NCBI GenBank assembly: GCA_029237775.1
Contig: JAQZBR010000002.1
Coordinates: 713,489 to 777,488, forward strand
Length of the DNA stretch: 64,000 nt
Direction: 5' to 3'
DNA from: Bacteroidota bacterium
GTDB lineage: Bacteria > Bacteroidota > Bacteroidia > 2-12-FULL-35-15
In this document: positions 1-8,540 of the stretch, one piece after another
Position numbering within the stretch: the first letter of the stretch is position 1
Layout of the letters: each line of letters opens with the position of its first letter
Position numbers and translations under genes: made by a program
The notes under the pieces: model-generated
What the model saw: the letters and a program-made list of their open reading frames with translations, nothing else
The model's database searches: none
Told to the model about the DNA's origin: nothing

Positions 1-1
1 G

Positions 2-481
2 TTCAGCTGTAAAAAAATGATTGTCGCCACCAATGGCTTCGCAAAACATCTTTTACCCGACTATCCTGTACAACCTGCCAGGGCTCAGGTTCTGATCACA
101 ACTCCGATAGAAGGTCTGAAATTGAAAGGTACGTTTCATTACGACAGTGGTTTCTATTATTTCAGAAATATCGGTAACCGGGTCCTTTTAGGCGGTGGCA
201 GAAATCTCGATTTTAAAACAGAAGAAACAACAAGCTTCGGACTTACAGCACTGGTCCAGGAAAAACTCGAAGATCTTCTGAAGAACGTGATCCTTCCAAA
301 ACAAAGATTTGAGATCGAAAGAAGATGGAGCGGAATCATGGGTGTTGGGCCCGCAAAAAAAAGCATTGTAAAAGAAGTGAGTAAAAATGTTTTTTGTGCA
401 GTGCGGATGGGCGGAATGGGTGTGGCTATAGGAAGCCTTGTGGGTGAAGAAGTGGCCGAACTTACTGCAAGATCTTTATAG
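2..481 (+). CDS. FAD-dependent oxidoreductase (DAO/PuuB-like), 5'-truncated by the window edge
   Basis: The frame is open from position 2. It contains IVATNG, QPARAQV, LLGGGR, WSGIMG and the C-terminal GGMGVAIG motif of DAO-family flavoproteins. Confidence 0.8.
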   Translation, partial: FSCKKMIVATNGFAKHLLPDYPVQPARAQVLITTPIEGLKLKGTFHYDSGFYYFRNIGNRVLLGGGRNLDFKTEETTSFGLTALVQEKLEDLLKNVILPKQRFEIERRWSGIMGVGPAKKSIVKEVSKNVFCAVRMGGMGVAIGSLVGEEVAELTARSL

Positions 482-1183
482 ACCTGCAGGCAACAATTCA
501 CAAAACCAAAAACCTTTGGTTTTAGAAGTCTCATCGGAGGTTTTAATTTCCAGTGGCCGATACGTTTTTTCTCCAATTCTGATCTCAATTTTCTTTTTAA
601 ACACGGGACCTTCAAAACAAAAGGTGTGATATTCTCCATTCTCTCCGCATGGATCTACTCCTGGCGGAAGAGAATTAATAAACTTTGAAGTTATTTCTGC
701 ACCGACAGATTCTTCGCCCAGGAATGCATCGTTAACACAACATGTAACTGTTCTGAACCCAAGAGAAAGAAATTCTCTGACTAGTTTCGCGGTATCATTT
801 TTCCACAAAGGAAAGATCGCTTTCATGCCGACCTTTTCCAGATTTTTTTCCCTGTATGCACGGAGATCCTCAAGGAAGATATCACCGAAAATAACATAGT
901 CCACTCCCTGCTCTTTATATTGCAGCAGAAGCTCTTCCATGTTCTTTTCGTATTCGGTATTCGTACCCTCTTCCACATACATTTTTATCAGCGGAATCCC
1001 GATGGATTCAGCCTGCATATCAAGCAGATCTTCACGTACACCATGCATTGAAATACGATTGAACTTTTTGTTGAGCGTTGTCAAAAGCGCCACCACCTTG
1101 ATTTCATTTTCTTTCAATACATGATAAAGTGCAAGTGCAGAATCCTTTCCTCCACTCCAGCAGAATATCGCTTTCGATTTCAT
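476..1183 (-). CDS. Diphthine-ammonia ligase family (Dph6/DUF71) PP-loop ATPase
   Basis: WSGGKDS PP-loop, FGDIFLEDLR and DPCGENGEYHTF motifs. Start placed at ATG 1183 (MKSKAIFCWSGG). Confidence 0.9.
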   Translation of the reverse strand: MKSKAIFCWSGGKDSALALYHVLKENEIKVVALLTTLNKKFNRISMHGVREDLLDMQAESIGIPLIKMYVEEGTNTEYEKNMEELLLQYKEQGVDYVIFGDIFLEDLRAYREKNLEKVGMKAIFPLWKNDTAKLVREFLSLGFRTVTCCVNDAFLGEESVGAEITSKFINSLPPGVDPCGENGEYHTFCFEGPVFKKKIEIRIGEKTYRPLEIKTSDETSKTKGFWFCELLPAGL

Positions 1184-1233
1184 CCGGCAATAATAAAAAA
1201 TTTCAGGGCTGAAAAACGAATTATCTTTAGCGC

Positions 1234-1773
1234 ATGAATCCATTCGATACACATACTTATATTGCATACAATAAACCGAAAGGTGTGATCTGCACCACAG
1301 AAAAGATAGACGGCAATATCATAGACGCTCTTGCACTCGAAAAGGATTTATTGCCTGTGGGGAGACTCGACAAAGAATCAGAAGGCCTGATACTTTTAAC
1401 GGACAATCATGCGATCATCAACAGGATCATACATCCCGATTTCAAACATGAAAAAGAATATCTGGTGACTTTGAATCTTCCGCTCCGAAATCAATTTTTA
1501 AAACAGATGGCTGAAGGAGTTGATCTTGGTGATGCTGTTACTAAACCTTGCCGTATCAAAGCTGAACCCGGAACAAAAAGGATTTTCAGGATCACTCTTA
1601 CGCAGGGACTGAACAGACAGATAAGAAGAATGTGTGCAGTATTTAATTACCAGGTGGTGCGACTTCAAAGGATCCGGATCATGCATATAAAACTCGGTGC
1701 ATTAAAAGTCGGAGAATGGCGGCACCTTGAGCAGGAGGAGCTAGAGCGGCTCTTTTCAGACTGTATGAAATAG
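1234..1773 (+). CDS. RsuA/RluF-family rRNA pseudouridine synthase lacking the S4 domain
   Basis: YNKPKGVICT, catalytic VGRLDKESEGL and QGLNRQIRRMC motifs. Confidence 0.9.
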   Translation: MNPFDTHTYIAYNKPKGVICTTEKIDGNIIDALALEKDLLPVGRLDKESEGLILLTDNHAIINRIIHPDFKHEKEYLVTLNLPLRNQFLKQMAEGVDLGDAVTKPCRIKAEPGTKRIFRITLTQGLNRQIRRMCAVFNYQVVRLQRIRIMHIKLGALKVGEWRHLEQEELERLFSDCMK

Positions 1774-1881
1774 CTTTCCTCCTATATTAAATTCATGATT
1801 CTGAATGTGTTATGGGCATATTTTTTACGCGTTTCAATTGCATACGAAATGTGCTAATTATAACCCTTAAAACAAATAATC

Positions 1882-2322
1882 ATGAATACAATCAACAAAA
1901 TTACCAGTTGGGGCGATAGCCACCACTTTGCATGGCTCGATATCTTCAGAGCAGCCCTGGGAGCCTTTCTTGTCTACAAAGGCATTCAATTCGGAAGAGA
2001 TCCGCATGAGATAAGAGCTTTGGCTAATGCAGGAGACTCCAGTCTTTTTTCTTTCTTTTATGTGCAGATCATTCCAATGATCCACATTGCAGGAGGTCTA
2101 ATGATCTTCTTTGGAATCTTGACCAGATGGGCTGCGGCTTTCCAGATACCTATTCTTATAGCTGCTGTTGTTCTTAGCATTGGTAGCCCTCACCCGATGG
2201 AGATCTACCCTCAGGTGATTTTAAGCCTTGTCGTACTGACATTGCTTATAATTTTCCTCATTTGTGGTTCGGGACCATATTCTGCCGATGCGTATTTCAA
2301 GAAAAATGAAGACAGATCTTAA
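1882..2322 (+). CDS. DoxX family membrane protein
   Basis: Four hydrophobic segments. R-x-x-LG, G-x-LTRWAA and GSGPYSAD motifs. Confidence 0.8.
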   Translation: MNTINKITSWGDSHHFAWLDIFRAALGAFLVYKGIQFGRDPHEIRALANAGDSSLFSFFYVQIIPMIHIAGGLMIFFGILTRWAAAFQIPILIAAVVLSIGSPHPMEIYPQVILSLVVLTLLIIFLICGSGPYSADAYFKKNEDRS

Positions 2323-2328
2323 AATAAA

Positions 2329-2354
2329 AAACCGGGCTTTAATTAGCCCGGTTT
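2329..2354. terminator. Bidirectional intrinsic terminator
   Basis: AAACCGGGCT-ttaatt-AGCCCGGTTT hairpin between convergent genes. Confidence 0.8.
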
Positions 2355-2375
2355 CCTATTCATTGTTTTCAGCTC

Positions 2376-3188
2376 TTATTTTTTCTTTATACTGAATTCG
2401 TAATAATCGTTATTCTTTCCCGGTTGATCAATGATATTGGTGATCCTCAGCACTACATACTTATCGGAAGACGTTCCTCCAAGCTTTGTAATGAGTATGT
2501 CGTTCACCGCAAGTCCCGATACCTGGCTAAGCATTAAACCTCCTGTGTAAGCACTTGTTGCAGTTACGTCCGAAGCATTCGCATAGTCGTAACCATTGGC
2601 TTTCACAAACTGTCCGCCTGCAGGAGAGATCCAGCTTTTTGAAAGTACGGTATCTATACCTGAGTTGTCCTGAATATCGCGCAAAGTGGTATCAACTGTT
2701 GATGCTTGCGGAGTGTTTGTTTCAAGATCGTAAGCATCAGGATTAGCAGACAAATTCGAATACATTCTGTGACCTGTTGTTTCTGTCAGAGTAACTGCTG
2801 TGGGTGCTGCGATAAAAACACGTCTCACCTGCTTACCAACATTTCCATCTTCATCTTCTGCTTTGAATTCGAAAATGATGGATTTTCCGGCCATGTTAGC
2901 AGGCATACGATAGTAATAAACAAACTGAACTCCTTTCGTGGTGATCGCTGTATCTAGCACTGTAACCGGTACCTGGTTATCCGGTTGCTGAGAGATATAA
3001 AATTTTGATAAACGTTTATCTGAATCAACTGTAATGTTAAAATTGATCAGGTCGCCAACGCTTCCATAAATGTATAATGGTGTTGGAACTACGGTAACGT
3101 GAGGGACGCTGTCCTTATCGCGTCTGCACGATGACGCCAATATCACGGTCAGGCAGATAAAAGTGCCCAGTAATGTTTTCATTTTCAT
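2376..3188 (-). CDS. Lipoprotein with Ig-like N-domain and DUF4466-like C-terminal domain
   Basis: Lipobox LASS-C followed by RRDKD. The beta-rich Ig-like pattern includes FEFKAEDEDG. The C-terminus (FVKANGYDY...DYYEFSIKKK) resembles DUF4466 as I recall it. Start placed at ATG 3188. Confidence 0.7.
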   Translation of the reverse strand: MKMKTLLGTFICLTVILASSCRRDKDSVPHVTVVPTPLYIYGSVGDLINFNITVDSDKRLSKFYISQQPDNQVPVTVLDTAITTKGVQFVYYYRMPANMAGKSIIFEFKAEDEDGNVGKQVRRVFIAAPTAVTLTETTGHRMYSNLSANPDAYDLETNTPQASTVDTTLRDIQDNSGIDTVLSKSWISPAGGQFVKANGYDYANASDVTATSAYTGGLMLSQVSGLAVNDILITKLGGTSSDKYVVLRITNIIDQPGKNNDYYEFSIKKK

Positions 3189-3227
3189 TTTATAAGTTCT
3201 GTTAAAATAGGTTCGTAATATTACAAA

Positions 3228-3264
3228 AAAAGGGCGCTCACTTTTTACAGTGAGCGCCTTTCTT
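3228..3264 (-). terminator. Intrinsic terminator inside the barrel/lipoprotein cluster
   Basis: AGGGCGCTCACT-loop-AGTGAGCGCCTT stem, followed by a U7 tract on the minus strand. Confidence 0.75.
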
Positions 3265-3280
3265 TTCAACAATTTAAGAC

Positions 3281-3691
3281 CTATTTAGTTTTGATCTTGA
3301 AAGCTTTCGCTCTGATTGTCATTGTTACTTTTTTCCCTAAGAAAGAACGGTTAACTGTGCTTTCAGAAGAGATAGGCAATACAAAATCAGCATCTGGTTT
3401 TTGACCCAAAGCGTCATATAATGCATTGTTGTAACCGCGGTCAGCAGATACCGGCAAAGCCAATCCACCTGTAGATGCAGTGTAATATCTGCGTCCACCG
3501 TAAGGAAGGCCTACCACATAGTATTGAGTAGAAGTACCTGTCACTTCACCGATGTATTCAAGATCAGCCGAAGAAAAGTTAACGCGGGCTTCCATAGGCA
3601 CACCCATTGTTGTTCTGTTGTGCATCGTACAAGAAGACGCAAACAGCAGAACCAGAACAAGAGCGCTGAATGATAAAAATATTTTTTTCAT
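3281..3691 (-). CDS. Small lipoprotein, DUF6567/TRL-like
   Basis: Lipobox FASS-C. VNFSSADLEYIGEVTGTS..YVVG..GG, ALYDAL, DADFVL and terminal TIRAKAFK patterns. Confidence 0.65.
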   Translation of the reverse strand: MKKIFLSFSALVLVLLFASSCTMHNRTTMGVPMEARVNFSSADLEYIGEVTGTSTQYYVVGLPYGGRRYYTASTGGLALPVSADRGYNNALYDALGQKPDADFVLPISSESTVNRSFLGKKVTMTIRAKAFKIKTK

Positions 3692-3732
3692 ATGATATAT
3701 GTTTTAAGAATTGAACTTTACCTTACCCCTAA

Positions 3733-4572
3733 TTATTTACCAAAATAAATGTGAAGAACAAGTCTTACATCCTGATTGGTCTCAGCATTGAATTCTCTTC
3801 TTTTCAGTTTGCTGTAACGAGCGCTAGATTCGCTTGTAGTACTGTTATCTTGCTTGTACTCTTCAGTGTAAGCAGTTGTTCCAACAGCTACGTCAGTACT
3901 AACTTTATCAATTCCACCGAAAGTCCATTTAGCATTCCATCCGTACTCTAAACCTAAAGAAACAGGAAGGTGAGCGATGAATACATTGAAACCTGTGATG
4001 AAACCAATTCCAACATCAGTAGTACCAGTTTTTGTAGTCATGTAGTTATGGTCACCATTGATATAGTCATAGTTTGAAGTTGTCATATCACGTCCAAAAC
4101 CTAAATAAAGGTCAGCACCTGCGTAAGCATCAAAGATGTTTCCAGCAGCGAAATGCTTTTCAACTCCCGGTACGATCTCGTACATTCTGCTTTTTTCTTT
4201 TCTTCTAACATCTTTAACTCCTGAATATGGAGCAGCGATACCATTAGGGTTGTACTGAGCAGAAGAATCAAGACCAGAACCTTTGATAGTTGAGTTCTCA
4301 TTCATCAAACGGAAACCTAAACGGATCACAACATCATCAGACATGTAATACTTGTAAGTTAAAAGGCTTCCTGATTTTAATGCATTACCATCAAATAATT
4401 TAGCCTTACCTGAATCATTTGATAATGGAAGAGCGAATACAAAAGCCATATCTCCAGCTTTTGGTCTTGCACCAATTTTTTCAACTCGATCATCGTTTTC
4501 TCTTGTAGAAAGTTGTGCAAAAGAACTTGATACACCAAGTGCCATTGCAATTAGCAATACTGATTTTTTCAT
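3733..4572 (-). CDS. Outer-membrane beta-barrel protein, probably highly expressed
   Basis: Signal peptide (SSSFA|Q), alternating amphipathic strands and a C-terminal LVLHIYF beta-signal. Strong codon bias (GGT/TCT/AAC/TAC). Confidence 0.8.
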   Translation of the reverse strand: MKKSVLLIAMALGVSSSFAQLSTRENDDRVEKIGARPKAGDMAFVFALPLSNDSGKAKLFDGNALKSGSLLTYKYYMSDDVVIRLGFRLMNENSTIKGSGLDSSAQYNPNGIAAPYSGVKDVRRKEKSRMYEIVPGVEKHFAAGNIFDAYAGADLYLGFGRDMTTSNYDYINGDHNYMTTKTGTTDVGIGFITGFNVFIAHLPVSLGLEYGWNAKWTFGGIDKVSTDVAVGTTAYTEEYKQDNSTTSESSARYSKLKRREFNAETNQDVRLVLHIYFGK

Positions 4573-4627
4573 AATGTTTTTTAGTTTAGTTTAAAGTTAA
4601 TTGTTCTGTGTACAAATTAATTTTTGG

Positions 4628-4655
4628 CAAAGATATATTAATTTAAGATTTCAAA
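4628..4655 (-). promoter_or_regulatory. Bacteroidota sigma-A promoter for the barrel-lipoprotein operon
   Basis: -7 element TATCTTTG (4635-4628) with a possible -33 TTTG (4655-4652). Confidence 0.65.
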
Positions 4656-4672
4656 ATTCGTTAAATACGGAG

Positions 4673-4705
4673 TTTTCAACAGTTTTATTCACATGGCTGT
4701 TCACA
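4673..4705 (+). promoter_or_regulatory. Three DnaA-box-like 9-mers at 12-bp period
   Basis: TTTTCAACA (4673), TTATTCACA (4685, matches TTWTNCACA) and CTGTTCACA (4697). Confidence 0.45.
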
Positions 4706-4829
4706 ACCGTTTTTATGGTTCATTATGAAGGGCCCGCAAACCCACCAGACTCTGATCATCAGGCATTTCCGACAATTTTCATTTTATTTAAATGAAGAAA
4801 TCAGTCAAAACCAAAAGTGAATTTTCTTA

Positions 4830-5783
4830 CTAAAAGTGAAATGTGATCTTTAAAGATGCTGTTCCTGCATTACTGAAACCGAAAATTTTTCCCTGGTTCA
4901 TGTCTGTATCCAAACCAAACCTTGAAGAGCCTGCAACAGCGTTATCTATATTCGCAACCTGCAATGGAGTGCCACCCTGTGTTTCAATTTCACTTCTCCC
5001 CTTTCCTGTCATTTCATAACCGAGGCCCAAGCCATATTCTGCTCCAATTGCTATTTTTGGCAGAACAAAATATTCTACACCAACAAACCCTCTCACTCCA
5101 ATTCCGAAGGTCATTCCTGATTTATAAAACACAGGCCTCGTTGTGCTTGAAGCGACACCGACTACTGTTCCAAAAGCAGAACTATCCTGATCAGTGATCC
5201 ACACAGTTGAAGTAGGTGTTGTTGTGGTGGAGCTCCCTGAGGCGGATGTATCGTTTAATGCAGACATCTTATTGCCATAACTGAATTTATCTTTTGAATT
5301 ACCGATCCACAGCAAGATATCAGCACCATAGTATCCCTGAAGGCGTGTTTTTCCTTTTCGCCACTCTTTCCCTGCTCCTATACACAAATTCATATTATTA
5401 TGTTTGTACTTATCTTCTACCTGGCCCTGCTTATCTGGAAAGTTGAAAACAGTACCTGCCTCAGCATCGTTGATCACCATGTTCTTGAACGTTTGATTTA
5501 CATATCCGATTCTTAACATTAAACGGTACGCTGATCTTTCATTAATGAAGCGCTTACCTACTATTGTGTGTGATGCGCTCAGCCAGCCGGTGTTCGCTGC
5601 TTTGTTTTTTGTGTTGCCATTAAAAGCGTTTCCAATAAATTCAAACATTGGATCTGCATTCATGCTGATAGCCCAGTCTTCAGCTTCAGGCAAAATCGGT
5701 TCGCCTTTTTTAGAAGTAAGATCCTGAGCAAGGAGAGATGAACTTCCGAAGAGTAATGTAAAAATAAGTTTGGATGTTTTCAT
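4830..5783 (-). CDS. Outer-membrane beta-barrel protein, distant paralog of 3733-4572
   Basis: Signal peptide. PEAEDW, YYGAD and IGAEYG motifs correspond to motifs in the neighbouring barrel. Ends with LKITFHF. Confidence 0.8.
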   Translation of the reverse strand: MKTSKLIFTLLFGSSSLLAQDLTSKKGEPILPEAEDWAISMNADPMFEFIGNAFNGNTKNKAANTGWLSASHTIVGKRFINERSAYRLMLRIGYVNQTFKNMVINDAEAGTVFNFPDKQGQVEDKYKHNNMNLCIGAGKEWRKGKTRLQGYYGADILLWIGNSKDKFSYGNKMSALNDTSASGSSTTTTPTSTVWITDQDSSAFGTVVGVASSTTRPVFYKSGMTFGIGVRGFVGVEYFVLPKIAIGAEYGLGLGYEMTGKGRSEIETQGGTPLQVANIDNAVAGSSRFGLDTDMNQGKIFGFSNAGTASLKITFHF

Positions 5784-5878
5784 GGATGATATCGTTTGTC
5801 GCAGAACAAAGAAAATCCATTAAGCATTACTTATTAATAAGGAATAAATTCAATTACCAACTCAAGGATGTTGATAAA

Positions 5879-6532
5879 CTATGCTCCCCACTCTTTATCT
5901 TCAAGCAAGGGTACAAACTTGAATTCGCCAAACTCAACTTTTTCAAATTTTTTCTCGGCAGTTTTTGTGAGGAGCGTCATGGTCTGAACTTTATCTCCTA
6001 AAGGAATCACCATTATTCCTCCCACTTTTAGCTGATTCAGAAGATCGTTTGGAATGGTTGGAGCACCTGCAGTGACAATGATCTTGTCGAATGGCGCGAA
6101 TATCGGCAATCCTTTATAGCCATCCCCATAAAAGAATTTGGCGGCAGAATAGCCGATGGTAGGAAGAAATGTTTTTGTTATATCATACAATGCCTTCTGA
6201 CGTTCAATGGTAAATACTTTAACTCCCATCTCCAGAAGCACGCTTGTCTGATATCCGGATCCGGTGCCTATTTCCAATACTTTCTCCCCCTTTTTCAACT
6301 GTAAAAGCTCTGTTTGAAAAGCAACTGTGTGCGGACGGGAAATAGTTTGTCCTGCACCGATCGGAAATGCAATATCTTCATAAGCCCTTTCAATAAAGGA
6401 ACTATTTAGGAACAAATGCCGAGGAACAGTTTCAATCGCTTTTAAAACTTCGGGATTGGAAATTCCTTTTTCTTTTAATAATGCTGAAAGCTGCCTGCGT
6501 AAACCTTTATGCCTGTATGTATCTTTTTCCAT
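5879..6532 (-). CDS. pcm: Protein-L-isoaspartate O-methyltransferase
   Basis: VPRHLF, GQTISRP, VLEIGTGSGY and APFDKIIVTAG motifs. Start ATG 6532 lies below the -7 motif TAATTTTG (6549-6542). Confidence 0.95.
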   Translation of the reverse strand: MEKDTYRHKGLRRQLSALLKEKGISNPEVLKAIETVPRHLFLNSSFIERAYEDIAFPIGAGQTISRPHTVAFQTELLQLKKGEKVLEIGTGSGYQTSVLLEMGVKVFTIERQKALYDITKTFLPTIGYSAAKFFYGDGYKGLPIFAPFDKIIVTAGAPTIPNDLLNQLKVGGIMVIPLGDKVQTMTLLTKTAEKKFEKVEFGEFKFVPLLEDKEWGA

Positions 6533-6634
6533 CTGTGCCAGCAAAATTAACACATCTATATTGAATAATTCATTGTTATTTTTCAATAGCCTATTGTGGA
6601 AAAAAGTATTTTTGTCGCAAATCAAAAAGTGTTT

Positions 6635-7627
6635 ATGATAAAGATCGGAGTTTTAGGTGCCGGCCATCTGGGCAAAATACATATCAGATTACTGAAGGAG
6701 ATCGATAGATATCAGCTGATTGGTTTTTATGATCCTGACAAGGAAAATGCGGCAGCAGTTGAAAAAGAATTTGGAATAAAATACTTTGAAAGCATTGATG
6801 AACTGATTTCTGAAGTTGATGCTGTAGATATCGTTACACCTACAATAACCCACTATGATTGTGCTTCAAAAGCAATCAAAAAATCAAAGCACGTTTTTAT
6901 TGAGAAGCCGGTTACCAACACAATTGAAGAAGCTAAAAGCCTTATAGGGCTGTCGAAAGAGGCGAATGTAAAAGTGCAGGTCGGACACGTTGAAAGATTT
7001 AATCCTGCCTTCATTGCAGGAAAATCTTATTGTTCCAATCCTATGTTTATTGAAACGCACCGTTTGGCGCAATTCAATCCGCGTGGTACTGATGTTTCAG
7101 TTGTGCTCGATCTTATGATTCACGACATAGACATTATCCTGAGTGTTGTAAAGTCAAATATTAAAAGAATCAGCGCGAGTGGAGTTGCTGTTGTAAGCGA
7201 AAGCCCCGATATCTGCAATGCTCGTGTTGAATTCGATAACGGATGTGTGGCTAACCTTACTGCCAGCCGTATCTCAATGAAAAACATGAGAAAATCCCGT
7301 TTTTTTCAAAAGGATGCCTATATTTCAATAGATTTTCTGGACAAAAAAGTAGATGTGATCAGACTTAAAAATATTGAAGGGGAGGCTGATCCACTGGCAG
7401 TTACGATCGATCTTGGAAACAAAGGCTCCAAGCAGATCTACTTCGAAAATCCGGATATTTCTCCAACCAACGCAATAAAAATGGAACTTGAGACGTTTGC
7501 TGATTCTATAATCAGCAATACAACACCAAGGGTGAGTATTGATGATGGATATAAAGCACTGGATGTGGCCTACAAGATCATTGACAAAATGAAGGTTACA
7601 GTAAGCTTTGAAGAGCAGGGAGCGTAA
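6635..7627 (+). CDS. Gfo/Idh/MocA oxidoreductase, GnnA-like
   Basis: GAGHLG Rossmann motif, HVFIEKP, VGHVERFNP and DLMIHDID. Confidence 0.85.
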   Translation: MIKIGVLGAGHLGKIHIRLLKEIDRYQLIGFYDPDKENAAAVEKEFGIKYFESIDELISEVDAVDIVTPTITHYDCASKAIKKSKHVFIEKPVTNTIEEAKSLIGLSKEANVKVQVGHVERFNPAFIAGKSYCSNPMFIETHRLAQFNPRGTDVSVVLDLMIHDIDIILSVVKSNIKRISASGVAVVSESPDICNARVEFDNGCVANLTASRISMKNMRKSRFFQKDAYISIDFLDKKVDVIRLKNIEGEADPLAVTIDLGNKGSKQIYFENPDISPTNAIKMELETFADSIISNTTPRVSIDDGYKALDVAYKIIDKMKVTVSFEEQGA

Positions 7628-7635
7628 ACATTTTT

Positions 7636-8529
7636 ATGATGAAACATACTTACTTCTTTTTTCCTGCGATTATTTTATGCCTTGTACTTAATTCGTGCAA
7701 TCTGATAAATCCCGGTGAGCCTACACCTGCATTTATCCATATTGATGCGATCTCCCTTCAAACCGACCCTACTATTCAAGGTTCGAATTCTTCTAATATT
7801 ACTGATGCCTGGGTGTATATCGACAATGAGCTTGTGGGCTGTTATGAGCTTCCTGCTACGTTTCCGGTGCTTTATGACGGATCTCATGACCTCACTATAA
7901 AAGCAGGGATCAAGGTTAATGGTATTTCTGCCACAAGAGCGCCTTATCCGTTCTTTGAAGAATATAAAGAGATCATTAGTTTATCAAAAGGCTCCACAAT
8001 AACCGTAAAGCCGGTTGTTAAATACACTTCAAGTATCGACTGGGCGAGTATTGAAATATGGAAGGAAGATTTTGAGGACAACGATCTCAGCATCGATTCC
8101 CTTGCAACATCCACAACTAAGATGATCAGCTATCAGGCTACCGGACCTGACGATCCTTTAGTGTTTGAAGGAAACAGATCCGGGGTTGCTTACATCGATG
8201 TTGCTCATCCGCTGTTTGAAGGTGTGAGCTCAGAACCGTTCATTCTGCCTCATGGCGATTCGCCCGTTTTCCTCGAAATTAATTACAAAAGCAATCACGA
8301 TTTTGTGGTTGGAATTTTCGCTCACGTTTCAGGTGGCTCGAGCTCAAAAGTACGCGTTATTAATGTTAGAGCATCTGACTCATGGAATAAGATCTATGTC
8401 TACATGTCGCCAACGGTAAACTTATACGGTAATGCAAATGCATACAGTGTTTTCTTTGGTTTACACAATGATTCCGGAGTGAATGGATTGTATCTCGCTC
8501 TCGACAATATTAAGCTGGTCCATAATTAA
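7636..8529 (+). CDS. Lipoprotein of unknown function
   Basis: Lipobox LNS-C. Beta-rich, with the C-terminal LALDNIKL typical of beta-sandwich domains. Confidence 0.75.
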   Translation: MMKHTYFFFPAIILCLVLNSCNLINPGEPTPAFIHIDAISLQTDPTIQGSNSSNITDAWVYIDNELVGCYELPATFPVLYDGSHDLTIKAGIKVNGISATRAPYPFFEEYKEIISLSKGSTITVKPVVKYTSSIDWASIEIWKEDFEDNDLSIDSLATSTTKMISYQATGPDDPLVFEGNRSGVAYIDVAHPLFEGVSSEPFILPHGDSPVFLEINYKSNHDFVVGIFAHVSGGSSSKVRVINVRASDSWNKIYVYMSPTVNLYGNANAYSVFFGLHNDSGVNGLYLALDNIKLVHN

Positions 8530-8540
8530 GCTTGAAGCTT

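Noticed and set aside
157-639. 160-aa minus-strand ORF and the many other 60-145 aa ORFs overlapping real genes
   Set aside because: They are antisense or off-frame shadows of well-supported CDSs and have no motifs or signal peptides.
4573-4829. Replication origin
   Set aside because: Only one consensus box and two degenerate boxes are present. No dnaA, dnaN or gidA gene is nearby, and skew cannot be judged in this window.
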